A stretch of 63,932 nt of DNA, counting the filler, from Diploschistes diacapsis (taxonomy: Eukaryota), in NCBI GenBank assembly GCA_023645945.1. It is 4 parts of 4 records of this genome, joined end to end, with 100 filler letters (N's around TTAATTAATTAA, not from the genome) between each part and the next. Parts side by side here need not be neighbours in the genome. Positions count along the whole stretch, not along the records: positions 1 to 16,513 come from JALAIB010000503.1; 3 more parts are not named here. One strand, 5' to 3'. The position numbers were made by a program, and so were the translations under genes. The notes under the pieces were generated by a model. That model was not told the DNA's origin and made no database searches. It worked only from the letters and a program-made list of their open reading frames with translations. This document shows, piece by piece, positions 1 through 11,267 of this stretch (positions are counted from its first letter, which is position 1; each line of letters starts with the position of its first letter).

Positions 1-227
1 CTTTCACACCCCCCCCCCTCCTTCCGTTGATTCGAAGCATGTCCACCAAGCTGCCCCCAAAACCAGGAAACGTGTGTGCGGGTGGGGGAACAGAAGTTAA
101 ACGGACGGGAGGGACCATGGAAAGGGAAAGGGAGCAGGCGGAAAAGAAAAAAAAAACCCCCCCCAGAAAAAAGAGAAAGGAAAAGAAGGGCAAGGGGAAG
201 AAAAAAAAAGCGAAGAGGCGCGATATA

Positions 228-1504
228 TAGTCACGTGCCAAAAGTAATGGTCCCTACCTAAATTATAGTAGACATCACCAACTTTGGAGATGCGATGCGC
301 ACCCAAATAATGTCCTACAAATGCGCTTTTTAGATCATTTTAATGCCCTTTATTCGTAATATCTATTAATACTTTATTTGCCACCCCTACGCGTCGTATA
401 CAGCCTGAATTCGCGTAGGCATCGAGTAGATTAATCGAGCAGACAAATCCCATTCCCTATCTGCCGTAATTTGACCAAATGCCTCGATAATGACAGCTTT
501 TAAAGCCTGTTTCTTATTATCCTTGCTCCCACGCATTATTTTAAGCTCTGGATAAAGCCGAAATACCTTTTCTTTTAATTTAGGTCAAAGATACTCTATA
601 ACGTTTAAATCTGGACTATATAGTGAATAATCGAGAATTTAGACGCCGAGACTTTCTAAAAGCGTTTTAGTAGCGTTTGTAATATGTATAAGAGCATTAT
701 TTTATAAAAAATCTTGTCTAGGTTCGTAGATTTGGGGCAAAATATCCTTTAATAAAACATAATAAGCCTCGGCGGTAATATTTCGTTTATTTATATAATA
801 ATTTTCGAAAAAATACTACACGACGCGTTTATCGGTTCTTATACCAGCCCAAAATATAATACTTTTTTTATTTTTAATCGTTTTTATTAAATAATCGAGA
901 AACTATTATTCTTTTATATGTTTCTATACCCATTTTCGTACTTTATTATTTCTTATTGTTATAAAGTATTCGTCGGTGAATCAAATATTAATAAAATCTT
1001 CGGCGCGTTAAGTTCGGTATATTCGGGAATATTTTAGGCGTTTTTCCGTATCTTTAAATTCTAAATATGGCTTTCATCGTATCTTATATTTTTTGAAAGA
1101 GGGGTCGATGTCGCGGAATCTTCGACGTACTATATTTTTGCTAATAGACGAGATATCGAGTAATTTAGACCATTCAGATTTTAGATGGCGTTTGGCCGTT
1201 CGATAGAGCTTATTTTCTTAATTTTCGGACGTTGTTCGAGGTCTTCCGGAGCGCTTCAGATCATCTTGGTCTTTATTACGCTCTAAAACCTTTACTATTG
1301 TCTTTTTGGCTGTAGAATAAGGAATATTTAGCCTATTGGCTGCATTTTTCAGGATAGCACCTGATCTGTATGCGCCTATAAGCTCAGAGCGCTCCCAGAG
1401 CTTCAAACGACGATATGGTGGCGTTATTGTAGAAATAATAGTAGGCATTTATTGTTTATTTGCACCGATTTAACCGAGGGACCATTACTTTTGGACTAGT
1501 ACTG
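228..1504 (-). mobile_element. Complete Tc1/mariner (impala-like, DD34E) DNA transposon, RIP-inactivated
   Basis: Left end TA|tagtcacgtgCCAAAAGTAATGGTCCCT (228-255) matches the reverse complement of the right end TA|cagtactagtCCAAAAGTAATGGTCCCT (1477-1504). TA target duplication at 226-227 and 1505-1506. Length is 1277 bp. The interior is AT-rich and encodes a transposase. Confidence 0.93.
366..1448 (-). pseudogene. Tc1-family transposase with many RIP-type stop codons
   Basis: N-terminal HTH followed by GRPR (ORF 1218-1448). Degenerate catalytic motifs: I*FTDE (~969-986), FL*NNALIH equivalent to FxQDNAPIH (~685-710), YSPDLNVIEYL* (~585-620). C-terminus AVYDA*GWQIKY* ends at ~366. Confidence 0.9.
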
Positions 1505-1870
1505 TATACTCGGGACAGTGAAGCGGAAGCAGAAGCGGAAGCTGCTGAAAAAGACGACGCTCAGCTATACGCACGTGCCGCGTATCGCAATTACCGCCGT
1601 GCGCAGTTAGAAGCGCGGGCATACCAGCATGGCGATACCAAGGCTTATATAAAAGCCAGTGCCAAAGCCGGTGCCATAGGGGGAGGTGTCGTGGGGGCAA
1701 CGATTCCAATCGTTGCGCCTCTTACCGCTACTATAGGCGCGGGCTTGGGAGGAGCGGGAGGCGCAGTGGGTGGAGCGGCTCTTGGTGGTACCCACAAACT
1801 CGCATCGGGTATCAAGAATGTTTACACGGGCCGCCAGAAGAACAAGAATGGGACTGCTGTGGTATCTTAA
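1505..1870 (+). pseudogene. 3' part of a probable small secreted pro-protein (LYxR/LEAR motifs, EAEA spacer, Gly-zipper C-terminus) interrupted by the transposon
   Basis: The frame resumes at the TA duplication (Tyr codon TAT 1505-1507): YTRDSEAEAEAEAAEKDDAQLYARAAYRNYRRAQLEAR-AYQHG...GAIGGGVVGA...GAGLGGAGGAVGGAALGG...VVS*. The ORF-track start at 1460 lies inside the transposon. Confidence 0.6.
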
Positions 1871-2329
1871 GCCTTTCGACTCTTGCGATAGTATGCCCAC
1901 TGTTCCTGGTAATAGAGGAAGGAAAAAGCTTTGAGGAACAAGCGGATCGTTCCTCAGCTGGCCGTGGAGAGGTATCAAGAGCGTCCCGCCGACAGCCTTG
2001 CTAGCAAGTCGAGACTCCCGACTTGTGGAGTTCTGATAACTTGCACTATTATTACGTTTTCTGATGTATTTTAGTAGTACTATGCCGGGTTGCTGTTGTG
2101 TATGTTCTGCTTTATCTTATATTCGAAACAATTCCCGGAAGGAATAATGGAGCAGACGCTTTTCTTTACCTCTTACAGCAAATGGAGGCGTGGAGAATTT
2201 CTTAAATCAAACTTCAAACAGTGAAAACATATTTTCATCATCCACCCGACTAGATCTATCCTGTCATCCCTAAGAGAAGGATTATACTAATATGTTTAGA
2301 TGTTTATGGGCGCAGAAAAAACCGCTGAT

Positions 2330-2645
2330 AAGAAATTCACTCCAAAAGTGGTAGTCAGGGATATTGATTGGCTGAACTAAATTTGATTATTATGTTATAT
2401 CTTCTTGTATCTACTGCTATTACAACTACCATTTTTAAACCTATTGCTTTTAAATGTACTGCTTTTAAACCTATTATTTTTCATATTTATTGCTTTTGTT
2501 GGAAATGAGAAGTGGGATTCCTAAATAGGCTATAAGACTAATAAAATAAATGCTAAAAGCTTATATATAATAATAAAATATTATTATTATATATTAGATT
2601 ATTAACCTAAATGGGTTAGTTTATTTAACTAATTAATTATTAACG
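2330..2645. repeat. AT-rich RIP-like degenerate repeat relic
   Basis: Very AT-rich and TpA-rich. Degenerate ~15-nt units (tttaaacctattgct / tttaaatgtactgct / tttaaacctattatt) at ~2433-2490. Confidence 0.45.
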
Positions 2646-5333
2646 GGACTTTAAAGGTTCTAAAACCTTTAGCAAGGACAGTTCTGATGGCGTTTCATAG
2701 CGAGAAGATATAAACAAACTAAGGCACTGAAGGACGGTCGAGAAAAGCAAGGCGAAAGGTGGAGGGAAATGGCTGGCTTGAAGTTCAGCCGCGACACGAA
2801 GTAGGAAGGAGTAGGTGGTAGAAGTACAAGCAGCTCGCCCGCTCCGATACAACGCGCCTGACAGGCATGCCTGTCACTTCGGCAGCCACGAGACCCTGTC
2901 CTTCCGGCACTGAAGCGCGATAACGTCTGGCTCTAAGACCCCGGTTGCATCGCTTACGAATCCGAAGCTTTAATCAAGACTGAGGCCATGGGTCTTTTTC
3001 CTTCTCAAGTCATCACTATCTCGTAGTGTTCAACTACGTCAAGTCGATAGAGGTATGCTCGGTTAGCTCCCTCTCGGCCGGATCGCTGTTTTGGCTGTTT
3101 TGGTTGTTTGGGACACTCAGTAAGTCTGACACAAGAACGATCACTCATACGCTATCTTAAGAAAAGGGGGAGAGGGACAAGGAGAGATAAAAAGGCTTTG
3201 ACACACTTGTAGAGAGGAAACGAGTCAGATGGAAGACGACCTGAGGAATCGCTTTGTACCAGAACGTCTGGTAAATTGCCAGGGCCGTTTGAACTATAGC
3301 GACTGTTCGACCGCATCAGATGCCCTCCCCGTTTCCTAAATCTTAATTATTAATAGGGAGCGCATTCTAATATACCGGGAAAGCAAATTTAGCATACAGC
3401 CGTTCAACGAGATGTTTAATGAAATCTTTTTTGCGGCAAATCACGCAGGCATCCTTTCTCTTCATACCGCTATTACATAGAGCATCTATCTAGATAAGTG
3501 GATCTAGTCAATAATCAAGCCTCTATTGCAATTGTTTGCTTCGAGATTATTACGTGAACCCAAAATATCGACAGATTCTTACTTCTGGCCGCAAATACGT
3601 ACAGATCGATATTACGGCCGTGGTGAATGAGGAAATATAAGCGATAAAGCAGTCCCTAACAGAATAAACGAATAAAATGAAGCAACATCGTCCTCGAAAG
3701 TTTTGCAGCACAACACTGATAAGGCTGAAAATGTAGATACACCCTCGGTGAAATTTGTAAAGGGGTCTCCTCTCTTAGTGGCACGGAACTGGCGCCCCAA
3801 ACGTGGAAAGCTATCGATGCGGATGGTCTCTCGATTCGCCCGCAGGTTACATTGCAGTGACGGAAACGCTAGAACGGTTGATACGATCTTTTACCTGATG
3901 CTGAAGGAATCGGATGTGTTAGTAGGTTATCTCAAGCGGCGACACAAGGTGGAGACCTACCGCTCAGCGGCAAACTAAATGATGGCCTGCCGCTCAGCGG
4001 TGAGCTAAGACGCGACGGCTTAGGAAGACCCTACCCATGCTAAATAACAATGGGACGTATGAATGCTATCCCATAGGAGCTAAATGTTCTAATCAACTCT
4101 TTATATGCTTGTGGTATTCAGTGTGACCAGGCAGATGTTTGGATTTCCTCTGCAATGCTTGCAACTGGTTGCAAATCGCTAACGCTCTCCACCTGTTAGT
4201 TTCTACCCGTGCGCAAAGAAAATTTACCCTATCGTCTTCCGCTCCCATCCATCTAGCCAATAATAGGCAGGCATGAAGCCATGAAACCATCATACTATCA
4301 GTCTCCTTGTGCGGGAACCCACCATCCATCGATTTAAGTTTTTATTTGGGAGAGTTGTGCTAATGGCTTCCTACCTTTAATAGGTCAGGCTTGCCAGGAT
4401 GGGGGAATTCTATAATCAATCACTCCGCAATCTGTGATTATGAAGTTACTTCCAATTCAATCCGTCGTTCCCTTTAAAATTATGTGTGATTACTCTGAAA
4501 TAATACATCAATGCGAACACCTCCGTTATTTGCTCCTCGCCTGGTGCGTCCGCTACCACCAGCCCCATGAACAATGTCCACCGAATATTGTTCGAGTTGA
4601 GACGAAGCGTGGTAAAAATTGTGGTGAGTTTTATCTGTAACTGCCAAGACTAGCTTATATCGGTTTGCAAAGGAACATGCAAGACAGTTATCAGCATCTC
4701 GTCGAGCGTGAAAGAGGGGGAGCGCCTGGAAGCGCCGGGAAAGGGGGCGATACTGCATCTCTGATGTGAAAGTACGTAGAATAAAAGAAGGTCAGACTCT
4801 GATTGGTCCGCTGAAATATGTTACTTTGTAGGCACATCCTTAGCCTGCCAATGATTGATATGGCGCATCCTACCTAGCATATTATCCTGCGCTCTAGTTC
4901 GGTCATTGATACCAACCCATCATGTCCATACAGGATGCTACGCGACGCTATTTTATTTATTTCGAGGACAACCCGGACAATCTTCCAAGACCCTTGCTAA
5001 TATGCCATGCGCGTCTTAAGCTTCGAGTAAGCTAAATTATCACCATCGCCAGCTTCGAGGAGAAGTGACAGGTACAATCCTTTCAGACCGTGCCTCGCCC
5101 ATGAGCTCATCCCCGCGGAACTTTCATGCCTTTTATGGGACAGGGCAACATCTTGTGTCGGAAATTGGGATATCTAGATGATCGATTCAAAGAACAGGCT
5201 GAGAAAATGCTAGTATAAGAACGGTGCTTTTCTCCGCCTTGCTTAACCAGTCTCACTGCACCATTTGCTTGTTAATCTCGATGTGACTTCTTGTCTCCTC
5301 CGACCTGGCCATATGCATATCAGTTTTCCTAAC

Positions 5334-6330
5334 ATGGATATCCTCAACTTGTCACCTTACTGGTCCTTGATCGTCCCGTCCCATCCGTTAATTATTTTTT
5401 TGGGTACTATTCAAGACCGCTGAAGTGCCAATCGATCTACACGAATGCTTTCCACTTATAATCAGCTGCATTTTGTTCTCTTCACTGCCTACGCTTATAC
5501 CACTGTCGGCAGGGACGCACGCAGATCTATGGGGTGTGATTTGTGTCGTGGTGACTTTGCTGTCTCAGTGGTCGGAAGTAAATCTTTGCAGATATTTTAT
5601 TGCGCTAGCTGACCGCTTCGAAGCTGTATACAAGCTGGCAATTTGGGCACAACGTTCCTGGTTTATTCCCTAAGGCCGTGCGAGGCGCTGTTGCTATTTC
5701 AATGGCTACCCCATTGATCGGGTTGCTATTGGTCTCGCCAGTGTGGATCTTATCTACCAGTAACACGCTTTTACGCTTTTCTGCGTTCATTCTCACCTAC
5801 TGGGGAAAGAATGGCGATCCTAGAAAGATTCCGTGGAAGAGTTACGCCGCACTGATTGCTCAAGTGCTTGCGATAGTCTGCATTTGGTCCTTAACGATAC
5901 ACTTTCAAGATCCATCGGTCAGTAACGCATCATTCAAATTGCTTCCCCGCTAATTAGATATGCAAGCCTGTGAGCATGGTTTTTTGTATCCGGATAGACC
6001 GCTTGATGAAACTGCTGTGCTGTGAAGATTCGCTTAAGAAGAGAAGGCTAGAAGACTCATACACCCGACGGACGAGACCATGTGCGCACACATGGTTCAT
6101 CACATGGCCACACTGACTTAGCATCTCAAGGATATTTCCCGAGCGAGGGAGATCAATATCCTGATGTGAGCTCTTTACGCAACGATTTCGAAAATGCTGA
6201 GCTGAAAACCGCATATCTTTCGTTAAGTAAGCAAATCGGTTCTCTTCAAGTGATGGAGTTTAAGAGCATAGAGGGTCAGTGTGTTATGGCCAAAGCTGTG
6301 ACTAAAGATGGATCCATGACATCAATGTAG
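5334..6330 (+). pseudogene. Hypothetical multi-pass membrane protein, spliced, apparently frameshifted
   Basis: ATG 5334 after TATAAG at ~5214. Hydrophobic ORF pieces 5425-5577 and 5624-5917 join through plausible introns (GTAAAT..CTGAC..AAG and GTCAGT..CTAAT.TAG). A frame break lies near the T-run at ~5395-5401. The 3' end is uncertain and no family was recognised. Confidence 0.4.
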
Positions 6331-6757
6331 AGCAATTCTGAAGGGATTCCGGAAGCTTCTGCAGCTGCAAAGCGGCATCTGGAGTAACAAACTTGTACTA
6401 CTACAGAGGTGAACTCAGCGGCGCTGGTCCAGCGGAGGAGAATCCATTCTTATACTACTGCACGTTGGAACACTGCGCGGAACATAGCGACCGGACCCGT
6501 ATGAGATGATGTAAACATCAAGAAGAGCCCACCAGCCTGCGAGAGTACTTCCAGATAAGAGAAAAGCGGGCTACGAGACATCACGCCGATCACGATTTGT
6601 TTACAAGTTGAGAGGGACATACTGTGGTTGCAAAATTTCCGAAGGGGTTGACCGCTCTGATATACAGAAGTGCTTACTGCTTCTGTAACGACGATGAGTC
6701 CAGCTGAGGTTAACGACGAGATTTATCGACGTGGGAGGTCATTTGAGGCGACAGCAT

Positions 6758-7372
6758 CTGCTCTCATTCAATCCCCTGCTCAATTCAAATCCCCTGCGCG
6801 ATTCAATCCTCTGCTCGATTCAATTCTCTAAGGAATCTATGATTGAAAGCAATTTTTACTGCTAGGGAATAGGTTTCCGCAGGGGAAAATTTCTCTGGCG
6901 CTGAAGGAAGCACTACTCACTATAAATTTTCTACTCGATTCAATCCCCTAAAGGACCCAGTCCTTAAGGGAAAGCAAACACCTAAGGTAAAAAAATTTTA
7001 AGGGATAACATCAAGGCAAGGAAATGACTCCCCCACGGGAATTTTTTTTATTAAGCTAATCGTTTCCTTGGTGTCATTAAGGTGCCTTTTCCCCTAAGGT
7101 AGTAATTTACCCCGCGGGGAAAGGCACCACCTAAATCCCACAGTGGAACATCTCGGATTAAGGGACCTACCTCTTTTCCTGTGATCTTATGTTTTCTTAC
7201 CCAATGCATGGCCATACGGAGTCTTTTTCCCTTGAGGTTTCACTTTCCCAAGGGCGATGACATGAAAATGCTTCTCCCCCAAGGGGATTAAATGGAGCAG
7301 GGGACTAAATCGAGAGGCAAAGTTGAGCCCTGGAGCAGCTGATCGGATGTGGGATAAAACTCCCTTGGGGCA
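6758..7372. repeat. Foldback/subterminal-type repeat array: direct and inverted 17-18-nt units plus central hairpin
   Basis: CTGCTCGATTCAATCCC-like units at 6758, 6776, 6794, 6811 and 6931, with two inverted copies at ~7281-7317. Hairpin GGTGCCTTTTCCCC...GGGGAAAGGCACC at 7081-7128. Many CCCY(W)RGG(G)-like quasi-palindromes. Confidence 0.75.
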
Positions 7373-7900
7373 GGTCTAATTGAATTTCTTACTTTCTCAT
7401 ACTTCAGTCCCTTTGACGGCTTTACATTCCATTGTATAGGAGCCTTTTTCTTTTCTAAATAATTGTTGCTTAAAGGTAAAGTACATGTTAAGGCGTGCAA
7501 CCCCCCCAAAAAAGGTCATTTTTCTGTGCACGCATGGCAGGGAGGTACACACCCAGAATGGAGGAATAATATGTTGGGAATAGATCAGGCAGGGGAATGC
7601 ACGGAGCATAAAGAACGTGAGGCGGAACGGGGAAACAAGATTGCACCCAAGACGACAACAGAGGTTATCAAATTTATGTTAAAGTTGCGCGATTTTGCTT
7701 CAATTACGACGGGTCTTGGCTCTCGCAGCTGTCAAAGTTTGAAATGTTATAGCTGCTCATAGATTTCGCGATCGATCATCATTGTGGCGTGCACCTGTGC
7801 ACCTAATCATCTAGGTTCCATAAGCGCCGGGTAAAGCGTCAGTGACGTTTTAGGTTGACAAGTTATGGATGCCAGAAATAAAGCTCCACAAGTAAAGGGG

Positions 7901-7977
7901 AGCAAGAAATGGCTCCTGGAAAGAAGTAAGAAACGGCTCCTGGAAAGAAGCAGAAAACGGCTCCCTGAAAATGAAGC
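7901..7977 (+). repeat. 24-bp tandem repeat, about 3 copies
   Basis: aagaaatggctcctggaaagaagt / aagaaacggctcctggaaagaagc / agaaaacggctccctgaaaatgaagc, reading KKWLLERS-KKRLLERS-RKRL. Confidence 0.8.
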
Positions 7978-8206
7978 AGAAACTGGAGGCAAAAAAGATG
8001 GGCGGCAAAAGTGAGGCCTTGGACTTGTCGCTATACTAAGATCCTCATCGCCCTTCAGCACCCAGTCAGTCAACTTTCTCTCCCTGCTTAATAGTGAATA
8101 TGCCGCGATCTCCAAGTAGGCAGATAACTGCGCCAAATGCAAGCAATGAAAATCGTAAGGAGTACCGGGAAGAAATGTTGCCAGAAAATGTCGGATCACA
8201 CATTTT

Positions 8207-8850
8207 GTGAGAACCTCCGGATTTTTGTTACGTGATAGACTAACCTACAAAGGGACTAAACTCGGAATCGCAGTAAAGCCGGAAGCTTGGCGAATATTCT
8301 TCTCGTGCGCTTTGAGCTACCCCCATCGCCTTGGGGAGCTCTCCGACATCGTTAGGAGGTCCGAGTTCGTGGCTGTCGAGAGTGCATAATGACGCAGTTA
8401 TCGCACTTGACGCCCCAATGGGGAAGAATCCTGGAGTGGCACCCCTCGTTGACGCTTCCGCGCGTCAAGCACTTCACTCGAAAGCTCGAAGAACGTGCAG
8501 ATGGCTCTGGAGAGATCTGGGGCTGGCTGGACGACACCTTCACTGAGATATGCCGTCCCACGGAGGACCAGGAGCTGTACTATTCGGGGTACAAGAAGAA
8601 GCACTGCCTAAAATGGCAGGGCCTCGTGACCCCTGACGGTCTGATTGCTTCTCTTGCGGATCCTTACGTCGAGGAAGTTAATGACAGATCGCATTGTCAG
8701 AGCTTCGATTTGATAGGAAGGCTACGACAAGTACGTCTTCTGTTTCTAGTCTACGATCGCTAACTTAATACAGATCTTTGGAGCTGAGGCTTCGCTCTAT
8801 CTCTACGGGGATGGAGCATATCCGGATTCTTATGGGATCCTTTCTGGGTA
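8207..8850 (+). pseudogene. PIF/Harbinger (DDE_Tnp_4-type) transposase relic
   Basis: LSYPHRLGELSD..SWLSRV (frameshifted), then IWGWLDDT..ICRP..QELYYSGYKKKHCLKWQGLVTPDGLIASL. After intron 8731-8773 comes LYLYGDGAY, then a stop at ~8850 before the third catalytic residue. Confidence 0.85.
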
Positions 8851-9372
8851 GTGTGTTCCCGTCCCGTAGTATCTAAAATTGCATCGCGACCGTGTATATA
8901 CTCGCCATATTCGAGCTCATCCTAATTGGGTAGACGCTTCGCCTCCTTCTTCACTTCCCCAGCCCCCTGAAGATTCGACATTGCCTGTAGTTGGCAGACT
9001 TCTCTTCAAAGTAGGCGGCGAGATGGCCGCCGGCGAACGATCAATGATAAACAGGTAAGTGATCAATTAAATCTATTTAAAATCTATCCAAATGGCCATT
9101 TGTTGACCTCATAGTTTCCTCATTGAGAATGCCGAGGCAATGCTTGGTACTAGGGGTATCTGACATACAGTACAGAGTTCCTCCCCGAGGAGACCCATGG
9201 CCCCGGTGCGAGACAGGGAGACAGGGGGACAGGGATATCTGGCTGTGGCGCAGACACTTACTGCGCCTCTCTGCCTCTACATTTAACCTCTTCAACCAGT
9301 GAGCAAGTAGTCTATGTTCTTGTTGAGTAGCATCATCTATTTGCTTTTCCGCTGCGGTAGCGCAGTCAACAA

Positions 9373-9942
9373 ATGTCCGCGAAGCGTTCAGCAAGTACCG
9401 TCCAACCTGCATTCGAGCATCTGCAGGAAATCGACATCGGGGCAGAAGAGCTAGTGACGCCAGTTGCCTCGTGGTTGTCTTCCCACAAGAGCTTCTGGCG
9501 TCCGACGAAGCATGCAGGTTTCGAGGAAATTCCCAAGGAGCATCTTGACAATGCGTTCATCGATCCTCTCGGAGGCAAGGTGTGCGCCGCTCTATCTAGC
9601 TACAAGGTTCGTCGATGCTGCACAGAAATCCAAACACTTGCTAACGCCGACTGCTCCCAGAAGCTCATAGGACATATGCTCCATCGGTCGCAGATAACCC
9701 AAGAGCCATGCGCTCCACAATTTGGGATAAAAGGGACGGAAACAATTCTCATCCCGATTGACAAACTGGATCTCGATCGAAGACCCTCCAAGTACACGAA
9801 GCTGGGTGACGACACTTTGGACTATGCGGATTTAATTTTTGGAAGGGCTTATTTGTGCAGGGAGGATAAGCCTGGCTACATTGGTCCTGGCGTCTCGTTT
9901 ATCATATTTGTATTAGGAAACGTATCAAAAGCCTCGAAATGA
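9373..9942 (+). CDS. Hypothetical protein, probably multi-exon
   Basis: 189-aa ORF containing an in-frame intron-like segment at 9607-9660 (GTTCGT..GCTAAC..CAG). No family recognised and both ends are uncertain. Confidence 0.4.
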   Translation: MSAKRSASTVQPAFEHLQEIDIGAEELVTPVASWLSSHKSFWRPTKHAGFEEIPKEHLDNAFIDPLGGKVCAALSSYKVRRCCTEIQTLANADCSQKLIGHMLHRSQITQEPCAPQFGIKGTETILIPIDKLDLDRRPSKYTKLGDDTLDYADLIFGRAYLCREDKPGYIGPGVSFIIFVLGNVSKASK

Positions 9943-10185
9943 AGCCATCCCTTAGCTGGCCCATCCTCCATTCTCGGCATCCAATGCGTCAACGTCTGGG
10001 TACAGAAATGCCGCCGACGCATCGAACGTGCCCCATTCCCCGAAGGGCCTCAGAAGCTCTGCATCTTATGAGATCAACGACGTCGCTTGATCCTGCAAAC
10101 GGGCGTCGAGCGCATCGGGCAGAACCAACCGGCTTCCAAGAAGCCCGTTTCTGGCCGGTGAAGCCGGTCTTGTTGCAGCAGAGCT

Positions 10186-10830
10186 TCAAGATCCTTCCGC
10201 TTGTCCCAGAGCTTCCAAAGCCGCGACATTCTCTCCATTCGGGAAGCTTTGATAGGCAGTTGCTAGTGAAGAGTTAGTTGAACAACTGAAAAGCATTCTT
10301 GCATTTTTAGCGTACGTGCTTTGGTGTTCTCGAACACCTCATGTCCGTGCCCATGATTCAAGCTTCTATATTCGGTGGTTACTGCAGTTGTCCTATTCGC
10401 TCCATTTCCATTTTCGCTTGGTCGGTTCTCGCCTCCCTCGCTGCTGGAGCCTATCGGTAGTGCCTCTGTTCGCTCCAGGCGTGTTCCTTTCGAGTTTCCC
10501 ATCGACATTTCCCTCGCCGTGGTCTCTGGATCCACTGTTCGATGGCTTTTCCGTTTTCGTTTCGATGCCAGCGAAGAAGGAAACTGCTGCGTTGCCTCCC
10601 CTTTCATCTCATCGAACCTTTCCTTCCACAGTTTCAGATTTGCGTCGGGCGCCTTCTTGCTCGACCACTTGGGACAAGAGTTCTCCATGTGTCTCGTCAA
10701 AGCCCCCAGGGTCTTGAAGGGCTTCTTGCCGCAGTGGAGGCACGGGGGGTGTTCTGGCCTGTCGCATGGATAATCTAAAATTGCCAAACGTTAGGCGCAT
10801 TCTCGGCACGTCTTGGGGCCTAAATCTTAC
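10186..10830 (-). CDS. Small nuclear protein with one CxxC-x12-H-x4-C zinc finger and a basic NLS; 5' end unresolved
   Basis: CLHCGKKPFKTLGALTRHMENSC and KRKRK. Intron ~10264-10316 (GTACGC..CTAAC..TAG) leads to a short last exon. An upstream intron lies at ~10775-10830 (GTAAGA..CTAAC..TAG). Confidence 0.5.
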
Positions 10831-11267
10831 GGTCAAAGTAATGGCGAAGGGGGAATTTGTCTGCAAAGCGTGAGAATGATGGTGATGAGGCCCAGGATAG
10901 ACAACGGGCCGATGGTGAAAGGGAGAACCCATTGCGGGTCGCCGGTGATAGTGAAGGAGAGGAAGCGCACGCATGGTGAGTGGGAATGGTGAGAAAATAA
11001 CAATGCTGAGAAGATAACAATGCTGAGAAGGGAACAATGCTGAGATGGAAGCAATGGTGAGAACGGGGCAGTGGTAAGAAGGAGCAATGACGAGCACTGC
11101 CAGGGGTGAGGATAGGAGGTCATCGCGAAGCACAAAGATCATCATTTTTCCGAGTATTGCTGAGCACTAAACATGGTTAGAAGCGATTCAAATAGTCAGG
11201 ATATATTCGAGCAGCCTACGAAGTTTGCAAATTCTATGAGTAGAGCCTTCTCACCGACTGGTTCAAC

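Noticed and set aside
27..306. Lys/Arg-rich short ORFs
   Set aside because: They lie in homopolymer-rich, probably low-quality contig-end sequence and run into the transposon TIR.
3540..4000. Possible kinase-like relic (QNIDRF, RGKLS fragments)
   Set aside because: The fragments are in different frames and too degenerate to support a call.
6758..6830. CRISPR-like repeat array
   Set aside because: The units are directly tandem without unique spacers, the context is eukaryotic and there are no cas genes.
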